A DNA stretch of 64,000 nucleotides from Candidatus Poribacteria bacterium (lineage in GTDB: Bacteria; Poribacteria; WGA-4E; JAJDTR01), in assembly GCA_965222225.1 (NCBI GenBank), contig CBDCTK010000002.1:736001-800000 (forward strand), given 5' to 3'. Of the stretch, positions 10,076-18,128 are shown piece after piece. The number at the start of each line of letters is the position of its first letter. Within the stretch, counting starts at the first letter, position 1. Position numbers and translations under genes: made by a program. The notes beneath the pieces were generated by a model. The model was not told the DNA's origin. It worked only from the letters and a program-made list of their open reading frames with translations, and did no database searches.

Positions 10076-11365
10076 ATGAAGAAGCCCAATATCCTCCTGC
10101 TGATGCCGGACCAACAGCGTTGGGACAGCCTTGGATGTAACGGCAACACCTTTGTTTCAACGCCCCATATTGATCGGTTAGCAGCAGAAGGGGTACGCTG
10201 CAAGAATAGCTTTACCCCTTGGCCTGTTTGTACACCCGCGAGAGCGACGATGTGGACCGGCGTCTACCCGCATCAACATAAGGTGAAGTTCAATACTTAT
10301 CGGATGAGCAACCTGTTTGAGGATGTTTCTTACGAACGGCGCACGGTATTTGACGCCCTGAAGAAGGCTGACTACACAACCGCCTATTTTGGCAAGTGGC
10401 ATCTGGGAGATGGCGTACCGCCGATGTTTGATGTATGGGAAGGATTCAACTCGCTTGGGGGTCATTGGGTTGATGGACGAAAGGATGGCGTCTATAAACC
10501 CGATTTGCAGACTAATCAACTCATCAAATTCTTAGAACAGCAAGCAGATACCGACAAACCGTTCATCGCGGTTAATGGCTTCTATCCGCCACATGACCCC
10601 TATACGGCACCGAAGCGGTTCTATAAGCCTTACCGCGGTAAAGGTGTTCCATTTGCCGGGTACTATGCAGCGGTAAGCGCGCTTGATTACAACGTTGGGC
10701 GGACAATGGAAACATTGGACAGACTGGGTCTGCGAGACGACACCATAGTGGTTTATTTCTCCGACCACGGTGATACTTTCCGATACCGCGAAGGTTGGAT
10801 GTACAAGTTCGTCTGCCATGAAGACGCTATCAAGGTGCCGTTTATTGTGAACTGTCCGGCGAGAATACCGGGCGGAACGACACTTGATTCCATGATAGGA
10901 TTGCAGGACTTGATGCCTACCATTCTGGATTGGGCAGGATTAGATTTACCCGACCACCTGCACGGTCAGAGTTTAGTCCCGCTGCTCGCGGGGGAATCCA
11001 TTCCGTGGCGTGAGGCATACTATGTGGAAAATATCATGTTCCAAAACAATGTGGAGCAGCGGTGCATCCGCACGAAGGAGTGGAAGTTGATACTCAGCGA
11101 TAGGCCCCGAACGGTTAGAAGCTATTCTTCTCCAAACCATTTGTTCGACTTAGTGAATGATCCGGAGGAGGGGTTGGATCTGTTCGACGCCCCGTACGAA
11201 GACGATCACAATCAGTATGCGCATTATCCGCCCTTTACGGACGTGATTGTCGAACTTGCGCAGTTGCTGAGGCGATACGCAGAGGAGATTGGGGATACGT
11301 TTGGGTGTGACGTGGCTGACAATTGTCTGGTTGAGATGAAGCACCGAGAATTACGCAATTCGTGA
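10076..11365 (+). CDS. Formylglycine-dependent sulfatase
   Basis: KPNILLLMPDQ, CTPARA (CxPxR), GKWHLG, PHDPY, SDHG and LFDL.NDPEE motifs. Confidence 0.95.
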   Translation: MKKPNILLLMPDQQRWDSLGCNGNTFVSTPHIDRLAAEGVRCKNSFTPWPVCTPARATMWTGVYPHQHKVKFNTYRMSNLFEDVSYERRTVFDALKKADYTTAYFGKWHLGDGVPPMFDVWEGFNSLGGHWVDGRKDGVYKPDLQTNQLIKFLEQQADTDKPFIAVNGFYPPHDPYTAPKRFYKPYRGKGVPFAGYYAAVSALDYNVGRTMETLDRLGLRDDTIVVYFSDHGDTFRYREGWMYKFVCHEDAIKVPFIVNCPARIPGGTTLDSMIGLQDLMPTILDWAGLDLPDHLHGQSLVPLLAGESIPWREAYYVENIMFQNNVEQRCIRTKEWKLILSDRPRTVRSYSSPNHLFDLVNDPEEGLDLFDAPYEDDHNQYAHYPPFTDVIVELAQLLRRYAEEIGDTFGCDVADNCLVEMKHRELRNS

Positions 11366-11513
11366 GCAAGCCCACTTTTGGAGCCTTTAGAAAATAGGTG
11401 ACCAAACAATGCATGATTCCTCCAGGAGGTCTTTTTCATGTTTTCGTTGTCACCTACATATACGCTGAGCACTTCTATGGGCACCTAATCGCGCTGTCGA
11501 GTTTTCAAAGGCT

Positions 11514-11534
11514 GGTGGGCAGTGCCCACCCTAC
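11514..11534 (-). repeat. REP-like element (GTAGGGTGGGCA.TGCCCACC)
   Basis: GTAG plus palindrome; near-identical copy at 45113-45133. Confidence 0.75.
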
Positions 11535-11577
11535 AAATGTACTTAATGTGATTTCTCGGATTCGTAGGAGTAACCGA

Positions 11578-12612
11578 ATGGCAGCAGTTTTTCGAGTTGA
11601 GGCAGATAGGCTCAGAACATATACCACGCGTTTATGCGAGGCGGTCGGCACACCGAGCGATATTGCGGAAGCCGAAGCGGAGATTCTTGTCAACGCCGAC
11701 CTGAGAGGCCATACCTCGCACGGAGTTTACCATCTTCCGAACTACCTTAGAGCTGTGGAAGACAAATCCCTCATTCCTGACGCCGTCCCCGAGATTGTGA
11801 ATGAAACGCCGTCTACCGCGCTCGTGGATGCACAAAGCGGCTGGGGACACTATTCCGCGCAGTGGGCGATGCAACTCGCCATAGACAAGGCAGAAGAAAC
11901 GGGAGTTGGCGCAATTAGTTTGGCAAGCGCGAACCATATTGGCAGGTTAGGTGAATATTCTGAACAAGCCGCCGTCGCGGGGTTTATCAGCTTCGTGACG
12001 TTTGGCGTTGGCGGACGAAACGTGGGTGTTGCGACGCCGTTTGGCGGCGCCGAAGCGACGCTTAGCAGCAATCCCATCGCCTTCGGCGTACCTGCTGCGG
12101 ATGGCAGACACCTCATCTCGGATTTTGCGACAACAATGCTTGCCAATGCGAAGATAAACGTCTATCGGATGAAGGGCATGGAACTCCCGCCGGGGTGTAT
12201 TGTGGATAAAGACGGAAGACCGAGCACCGATCCGAATGATTTCAACGCTGGCGGCAAGAGCTTGGTTTTTGGCGGCTACAAAGGCTATGCGTTTTCTCTA
12301 TTGACATGTCTACTGGCTGGGCTGAACGGCGGTTTCGAGGCGGATAGGTCGGAGATGTTGGGCAGCTTCTTTCTGGCACTCAAGGTCAAGGCTTTCATGC
12401 CCTCCGATGCTTACGGGCAGAATGCGGCGAGTTTTCTTGATGCGATGCGAGATGTCACCCCTGCGCCGGGATTTTCCGAGGTGCTTGTGGCTGGCGACAT
12501 GGAGCGGCGCAAGACTGAAGAACAGTTGGCTGAAGGGATTGAGCTTCCAGACGAGGTGATGAACAATCTCCGAGCCTGTGGAGAGAAATACGGCATTCAC
12601 GAGAACCTGTAA
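11578..12612 (+). CDS. Ldh2-family (malate/L-lactate/ureidoglycolate-type) oxidoreductase
   Basis: ADLRGHTSHG, NHIGRLG, SNPIAFG, DFATT and GGYKGY motifs. Start at ATG 11578 after an AGGAG SD; the upstream extension runs through a REP. Confidence 0.92.
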   Translation: MAAVFRVEADRLRTYTTRLCEAVGTPSDIAEAEAEILVNADLRGHTSHGVYHLPNYLRAVEDKSLIPDAVPEIVNETPSTALVDAQSGWGHYSAQWAMQLAIDKAEETGVGAISLASANHIGRLGEYSEQAAVAGFISFVTFGVGGRNVGVATPFGGAEATLSSNPIAFGVPAADGRHLISDFATTMLANAKINVYRMKGMELPPGCIVDKDGRPSTDPNDFNAGGKSLVFGGYKGYAFSLLTCLLAGLNGGFEADRSEMLGSFFLALKVKAFMPSDAYGQNAASFLDAMRDVTPAPGFSEVLVAGDMERRKTEEQLAEGIELPDEVMNNLRACGEKYGIHENL

Positions 12613-12663
12613 ACAAGACTGGGACCAATACCGCTTGCTATAAATTATCATGCGGTTAGTTAG

Positions 12664-13008
12664 GTGAGAAAGAAAGTGAAGGACGAACCGAAAAAGCCCA
12701 TACTCGACGACTTCCTGTCTCAGTATGAGAATGTACGCATAGGTCAAATGTTTGGCTATCCCGCGTATTATATGGGTCGGTCTATGTTTGCTTGTTTATA
12801 TGAGGGGAAGGTAGGATTGAAGGTTCCGGAAGCAACGGCAGACGAGGCAAGGGCTAGGGAAGGAATTTCGGATTTTCAGCCTTACGGAAAACCGAAAATG
12901 CGGGAATGGATTCAGATTGATTTCGATTCGGACGAGGAGTTACGCCAGTACAGCGACCTAAGAGACGCCGCTCTAAGGTATGCTGAAACGAGAAAAAGAG
13001 AGAAGTGA
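12664..13008 (+). CDS. TfoX/Sxy N-terminal-domain family protein
   Basis: QMFGYPAYY...MFACLY..FQPYGK.KMREWI pattern. Confidence 0.75.
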   Translation: MRKKVKDEPKKPILDDFLSQYENVRIGQMFGYPAYYMGRSMFACLYEGKVGLKVPEATADEARAREGISDFQPYGKPKMREWIQIDFDSDEELRQYSDLRDAALRYAETRKREK

Positions 13009-13018
13009 AGGACTTCCC

Positions 13019-13399
13019 ATGAAAGGATTTTGGTTGGCGGTTGTTGCCTCGGGTATGTGGATGAACCTTTCCGAGTTTATCCGCAACGAATTCGTAATTA
13101 AGCATGTGTGGGTCAAAGGATTTGAGGAAATAGGTTTGTCCTTTCCGTCGGCGCCGGTTAACGGTTTGGTTTGGGTAATATGGACGTTCATCTTCTGCGC
13201 CGTTCTAACCGCACTGAATATGAGATTCAATGCGCTAAGAAGCACAATAATTTGCTGGGTCACTGGTTTCGGGCTACTTTGGATCGCCATGTGGAACATC
13301 GGGATCTTGCCGAAGGGGCTCTTGTATTGGGCAGTGCCTTGGAGTTTCGTTGAGGTTTACGTGGCGGCATTTATTTGTAGGCGAATTGTGGCAAACTAG
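13019..13399 (+). CDS. Hypothetical integral membrane protein
   Basis: Four hydrophobic segments with W.NLSEF.RNE and FPS.P.NG motifs; ATG 13019 follows aagga. Confidence 0.7.
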   Translation: MKGFWLAVVASGMWMNLSEFIRNEFVIKHVWVKGFEEIGLSFPSAPVNGLVWVIWTFIFCAVLTALNMRFNALRSTIICWVTGFGLLWIAMWNIGILPKGLLYWAVPWSFVEVYVAAFICRRIVAN

Positions 13400-13461
13400 A
13401 ATTACTAACCTTTGCTTCAAGTCGCGTCACGTAACGTAACTCGATGGATTTCGCACGTAGT

Positions 13462-14544
13462 CTAGTCTTCCTCTTGTTCTTCTGGATATGGTAAGGGCGA
13501 GGCAGCTGACCATCCTTCTCGTTCGGGTACATTGTGCCCTGTACGTAGACTGCTTCCTTGATTGGAAAGCACCGTCCCTCCTCGGTGAATGCAAGCACGA
13601 ATTACCGCCTTGCGAGGATGATCTTCATCGTCTTTAGACGCGCTTATAATTGCCTTGAACTCATTGGGTAACTCCTCAGGTTTCTCCGAAAGCCTTTCGC
13701 CTAACAAACAATCTAAAATTTCCGTAGATACATTCCGTCGAGAGCCGTGATGTGGAACCTGAAATGTGTTGATGCCTGGTAACTCTAGGCCGACCGATGG
13801 TGCATAATCGGTCGCTTCTGTAAGGGCCCCGCGCCCCGCATCGGCGGTCAACAGTATACGTTTGTCGCACAAATTGGCATATTGCACAACGCTCATGTCA
13901 TTTTCCGGGCTAGTTTCCTCAGACGAGAACGTTTCTTCTCCCCAAGCCGCCCTTACGAAAGAGATTTCTTTTTCAGCAAATCTGCGTGCCTTCTCCTGCC
14001 AGGATTCATCTTTTTCTTGAGCCGCTTCTGGTGTCTTGTCTGATTCAACCACGAGGTCAAGATATCTGGACTTAGTGGGGGCGAGAACAATGAAATCACC
14101 GATATTTTCCCCTTGAAACGGTGCAAGAATGGGTATCTCCTTTTCTTCTGCGATTTCTTCTAATGTCGCGATAGTGGGATAGATTTCTTTTAAGCGACTA
14201 GCTAGATTTTCTACGTTGGTAAATCGCTTGAATCTATCAATCAATTCCTCTGCATATAGCCATGGACGTAACATCCAGAGTTCGGTGACATCATACGTTT
14301 CGAGAACTTTGCAGAGGCCACCCGCATGATCTTGATCGGAATGACTGACTATCACGGCATCAATTGTAGAAGGATTGTCATAATACTTGCCAACGTGCTC
14401 AATAATCTTGTCCCCAGTATCTTGGAAGCCACCATCGGTGATGTGTATTCGGGTAACATCATCAATGCAATACCGAATCGGTATGGCATCTCCGCTCTTT
14501 TTCGATTCCACGTCAAGAAAATCAATTTCGAAGTAATCTGACAT
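13462..14544 (-). CDS. ComEC/Rec2-like metallo-beta-lactamase-fold hydrolase (soluble)
   Basis: IDFLDV, GDAI, DGG, SHSDQDHAGG (HxDxDH), LLTADAG, VPHHGS and HPRKAV motifs. Confidence 0.9.
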   Translation of the reverse strand: MSDYFEIDFLDVESKKSGDAIPIRYCIDDVTRIHITDGGFQDTGDKIIEHVGKYYDNPSTIDAVIVSHSDQDHAGGLCKVLETYDVTELWMLRPWLYAEELIDRFKRFTNVENLASRLKEIYPTIATLEEIAEEKEIPILAPFQGENIGDFIVLAPTKSRYLDLVVESDKTPEAAQEKDESWQEKARRFAEKEISFVRAAWGEETFSSEETSPENDMSVVQYANLCDKRILLTADAGRGALTEATDYAPSVGLELPGINTFQVPHHGSRRNVSTEILDCLLGERLSEKPEELPNEFKAIISASKDDEDHPRKAVIRACIHRGGTVLSNQGSSLRTGHNVPEREGWSAASPLPYPEEQEED

Positions 14545-14553
14545 GGCCTATTC

Positions 14554-15051
14554 CTATTTCAATGCGATTTTTATACGTTGAACGATGTAGTTGGTTTGTT
14601 TCTTGTAGGCAAACAGCAGGAGTATCAACATTCCTACCAAGAGGATGAAACCGCCCCTGTCATCACTCCATTGCAAGCCCTCCAGAATCTTCTCACAGAC
14701 TTTGAGAATAATGAGAATTATTGGTAGGAAACAGAGTGTGCGATACATATTATTCTGCTCGGAGAGAGTTTCAATCGTTGGATCGCACTTTGATGCCTCT
14801 ACATAATCCTCGTAATCCGCGAACCGAATAAATCGCGTCCATCTCAGAAAAGGTTCCAAAATTAACGAACCGATTCTGCTAACGATCAAGCCTATGAAAT
14901 AGTAAAGAAACAAGGCGATTAGCAGATCATCTTGTGTGAATGAGAATGATGTAAACGCTTTGGTTAACCCCACGAATACAGTGCCGGGCAAGAGATAGTT
15001 GAAGAGGTTATACGAAGACAATTTATCGATGATTTCCTTCATTGAATTCAC
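14554..15051 (-). CDS. Hypothetical four-TM membrane protein coupled to the MBL hydrolase
   Basis: LSSYNLFNYLLPG, YFIGLIVSRIGSL..EP and LSEQNNMYR motifs; stop 9 nt before the MBL start. Confidence 0.8.
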   Translation of the reverse strand: MNSMKEIIDKLSSYNLFNYLLPGTVFVGLTKAFTSFSFTQDDLLIALFLYYFIGLIVSRIGSLILEPFLRWTRFIRFADYEDYVEASKCDPTIETLSEQNNMYRTLCFLPIILIILKVCEKILEGLQWSDDRGGFILLVGMLILLLFAYKKQTNYIVQRIKIALK

Positions 15052-15098
15052 TCTTTCATAAAATCTGTCGAAATACTATTTTGTCTAATCTCCGTGCA

Positions 15099-15127
15099 TT
15101 AGTAACATAACTTGCACTCAATGTCAA
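15099..15127 (-). promoter_or_regulatory. Putative sigma70 promoter for the TM-MBL pair
   Basis: TTGACA-17 bp-TACTAA with TG extension, ~50 nt upstream of the 15051 start. Confidence 0.5.
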
Positions 15128-15326
15128 CATTACTTCCGTTACGGGCTAGGATGTCGCATGGAACACCCTTCGGTCATATCACGGGGCGTTCGTATTCCTT
15201 GGATGATAGGCCGGTTTTTGTATCTTCGTATCCCGATAATCCTCAATCGTAGACTGCGCAGCTCCGACGATTAAATCATGTTGTCACTTATGTCCTGGTT
15301 CATGGTTTCCTATTTGATGATGAAGT

Positions 15327-17177
15327 TTAGTACGAATCACCATAAAACGCCCGATTTAGCGCCTTGTCTTCCTCGCTTACCTGAAAATCCTCATCATCTA
15401 TTTCCGAAAGATTCACGTACAACTGATTTTTGTCCAGTAGTTTCGCCAAGAGTTTCTTCTGTTTGTCTAGCCCGTTTTCTTCTTGACCGATGGCGACAAA
15501 ATCATCGACAGCATCTTCTGGAGTTTCCTTGTTCACATACCAATTTAGGAATGAGATTTCGGCGATATCGCGCCAGAGCGCCTCAAGTTCTTGGGTTGAT
15601 TGTGCGGCTCGAATCTTGTCCATATAGACTTCATTGTATTGCATAAGTTCACAGTAGGTGAAATCGCCGCCGCCCTGCCAGTTGACCGATTTGGAGATAC
15701 CGCCGGAATCGCAGTCAATTTCTTCAAGTAGGCTTCCTTTTGCCACAACTTTTTTCCCGATAACGTCCTTCAACCTTGGAATGAGTGCGTTTATCCCACC
15801 ATCCAATTGCTCAATACCTATGCATCTTCTATCTAACTTTAAGCCTACTGCTACAGTGGTTCCACTTCCGAGAAAGAAATCAAGTACCAAATCACCTGGT
15901 TCAGATGCTGCTTCAATAATCATCTGAAGCAATCCTTCAGGCTTGGCAGTATCGTAATTTGATTCCTTTGAGTTTTTCACTAATTCTATTCCCCAAACAT
16001 CTCCTATAGCCACGTATTTTGCGTTCGGCGCGGTGATAAGTTTTATGACTTTGTCTTTATCAAGATCTATCCGGTCAGACACGTATGTCTTCAATCCTGA
16101 TCCTGCCTCTAATTCCCATTCAGCGGGTGTCCTGCCCATTCGACCTCTTGTATAAAACCAGCCTTTAGAATCTTTCTCAATTCGACTGATAGTGGATTTT
16201 TTGTACGGTCCTAGTAGTGGATTCCAAAACCTTGATGGTTTATCTTTCGCGTAGACAAGAATATTCTGATACTCAGTTGGCATTGAGGAACTCCTTGAAT
16301 GCGATCTAGAGCTACCACCTTCTCGTCCTTTGTGCCAAATGATTTCATTTACAAAATTTGGTCTTCCAAATATTTCATCTAGTACAATTTTCATGTAGTG
16401 AGATTCATTATTGTCAATATGGACAAAAAGGTTGCCATCATTACTCAAAAGCTCGTATGCAACCGAGAGACGGCTCCGCATGAAAGTCAGCCATGCGGAA
16501 TGCGTGAAACTATCATTGTAGCTGAAGCTGTCTCGTTCTGTATTGAATGGCGGGTCAATGTAAATCAGTTTCACTAGTCCGCGAAGCCGCTGTTTGAGCG
16601 TATGCAATGCTAGCAGGTTGTTTCCCTTGATAATTAGATTTTCACGTATCGAACCGTTTTCATCATGTCTAATTTCTGGTGCCTCATGCTCTCCATCAAC
16701 CGTATAGCGCTTCCAGTTAGTGAGTACCTTCGGGTCAAACAGACAGTCAATCTCGTCCTGCGCCAGCACTTCATTGAAAAATAACTCACAGCGTTTTTCT
16801 TCTTCCTTGGTCTGTCCTCCTTCCAATATACAGTCTTTATAGGGCCAGACCAAAGACACTTCAGCACGCTCTCGCAGAGACTTGTCCTCAATGGACAGGC
16901 CAATTCGGTTGCGGAACCGAGTGTATGAATTGGCGAGGAAGTTCTTATCGCCGATGTAGTCTATGAAGGTGTTCGTGTTAAAAATCCAATGCCCTTTGAT
17001 ATCGTCAAAGAATTTGGACTTTAGATCTTCATCATCAATTAGTAGCTCTACAAGGGCGTGGTCGATTTTCCATGCCTGATCGATTACCGCGGCCTTGACT
17101 AATTCGTCTTGGTCATCGACAAATCGGCGATCGGTTTTCAGACGATTGATTAGCTTGTTCTCGAAGTTACTTGGCAT
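15327..17177 (-). CDS. mod: Type III restriction-modification methyltransferase (Mod)
   Basis: NLIIKGNNLLAL, IYIDPPFN (motif IV), KPEGLL and LDFFLGSGTT (motif I) in beta-class order, with the long N- and C-terminal extensions of Mod. Confidence 0.92.
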   Translation of the reverse strand: MPSNFENKLINRLKTDRRFVDDQDELVKAAVIDQAWKIDHALVELLIDDEDLKSKFFDDIKGHWIFNTNTFIDYIGDKNFLANSYTRFRNRIGLSIEDKSLRERAEVSLVWPYKDCILEGGQTKEEEKRCELFFNEVLAQDEIDCLFDPKVLTNWKRYTVDGEHEAPEIRHDENGSIRENLIIKGNNLLALHTLKQRLRGLVKLIYIDPPFNTERDSFSYNDSFTHSAWLTFMRSRLSVAYELLSNDGNLFVHIDNNESHYMKIVLDEIFGRPNFVNEIIWHKGREGGSSRSHSRSSSMPTEYQNILVYAKDKPSRFWNPLLGPYKKSTISRIEKDSKGWFYTRGRMGRTPAEWELEAGSGLKTYVSDRIDLDKDKVIKLITAPNAKYVAIGDVWGIELVKNSKESNYDTAKPEGLLQMIIEAASEPGDLVLDFFLGSGTTVAVGLKLDRRCIGIEQLDGGINALIPRLKDVIGKKVVAKGSLLEEIDCDSGGISKSVNWQGGGDFTYCELMQYNEVYMDKIRAAQSTQELEALWRDIAEISFLNWYVNKETPEDAVDDFVAIGQEENGLDKQKKLLAKLLDKNQLYVNLSEIDDEDFQVSEEDKALNRAFYGDSY

Positions 17178-17258
17178 GTGGACATCCTTTTATCTTTCTG
17201 TTCTTTTGATGAATCGCAATGGCTATTAGATGAATGGCTTCATCGGAATAGTCATCTT

Positions 17259-18053
17259 TCAGGAGGTTGTATTTCTTCGCAGAAATTCGCTAACAGCGAA
17301 ATCAATCAGTTCACGTATATGTTCTTGCTTTACGACAATACCGAGCCCGAGGATTTGTTGCACTCCAACGGGCGGCATATTTGCTGGCAAGGTCTGAAGC
17401 TGTGAATGGCGTATCAATGTTTCAGAAACAACCCCGAGGAGTGAATATTCACCTTCCCATGCAACAAATACTGGGCTACCGCTTGAACCAGGAAATATCT
17501 GTGCATCAATAACAATTTGGCCCTTCCCATTAAAGTTGACGGTGGGCATTGATGCAATTGTACCGCTTCTGATCAGAGGCAAGTTATTAACAATGTCGTA
17601 ACGATTTTCCGGATATCCTACAAATATGACATTACTTGCCAAAGTGACGCTCTCATAATCAATTGGCTTTAAGAAAATGTCGCTTAAGGTCATATAAAAG
17701 GCATTCGTGCGTGTAATGCCAGAAACGTTAACACACGCCAGATCTACGTCTGGGTTAGGGTGAACAAAATACGCGTCTGCGAATCCAACTTGGTCGAATG
17801 TCACTATATTTCCAAATTCCGGTGTGCCATCTTGCTTTCTACAATTCAGACTAATAATCAACCTTCCCATGGGGTTGACAAATATATGTTTGTTCGATAT
17901 CAGCAATATCAATGCACGGTCTGTGCCTTCTTGCAGCGATGCGTGATAGAAAAATCCTGTTCCAATAGTTATAGTAGCATCAGGGTTTTGGATGGCAATT
18001 CTAGCAGTTATATAAGCTATTTCGTGTTCAAAACCTAGTTGTGACATTTGCAT
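17259..18053 (-). CDS. Cytoplasmic trypsin-like serine protease
   Basis: GTGFF, SNKH (His), DVDLA (Asp), FVGYP and FPGSSGSPV (Ser); no signal peptide. Confidence 0.88.
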   Translation of the reverse strand: MQMSQLGFEHEIAYITARIAIQNPDATITIGTGFFYHASLQEGTDRALILLISNKHIFVNPMGRLIISLNCRKQDGTPEFGNIVTFDQVGFADAYFVHPNPDVDLACVNVSGITRTNAFYMTLSDIFLKPIDYESVTLASNVIFVGYPENRYDIVNNLPLIRSGTIASMPTVNFNGKGQIVIDAQIFPGSSGSPVFVAWEGEYSLLGVVSETLIRHSQLQTLPANMPPVGVQQILGLGIVVKQEHIRELIDFAVSEFLRRNTTS

Positions 18054-18128
18054 TCCTCAGTATTCTCTTCAATGTGTGCGCATTTGGAGGGAAACCCCTA
18101 ATAGTGGAGGCGCGAAGTTTCTGTAGCT

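Noticed and set aside
11398-11577. Long N-terminal extensions in the ORF track (also 61365-61550, 33041-33073, 41462-41530, 56490-56528)
   Set aside because: Downstream starts match the family N-termini, usually with a better SD; one extension crosses a REP.
13462-14544. MBL protein as competence gene comEC, with TfoX as a competence regulator
   Set aside because: Lacks the ComEC membrane and OB domains; the TfoX-like gene is only a small N-terminal-domain protein; the context is a defence island.
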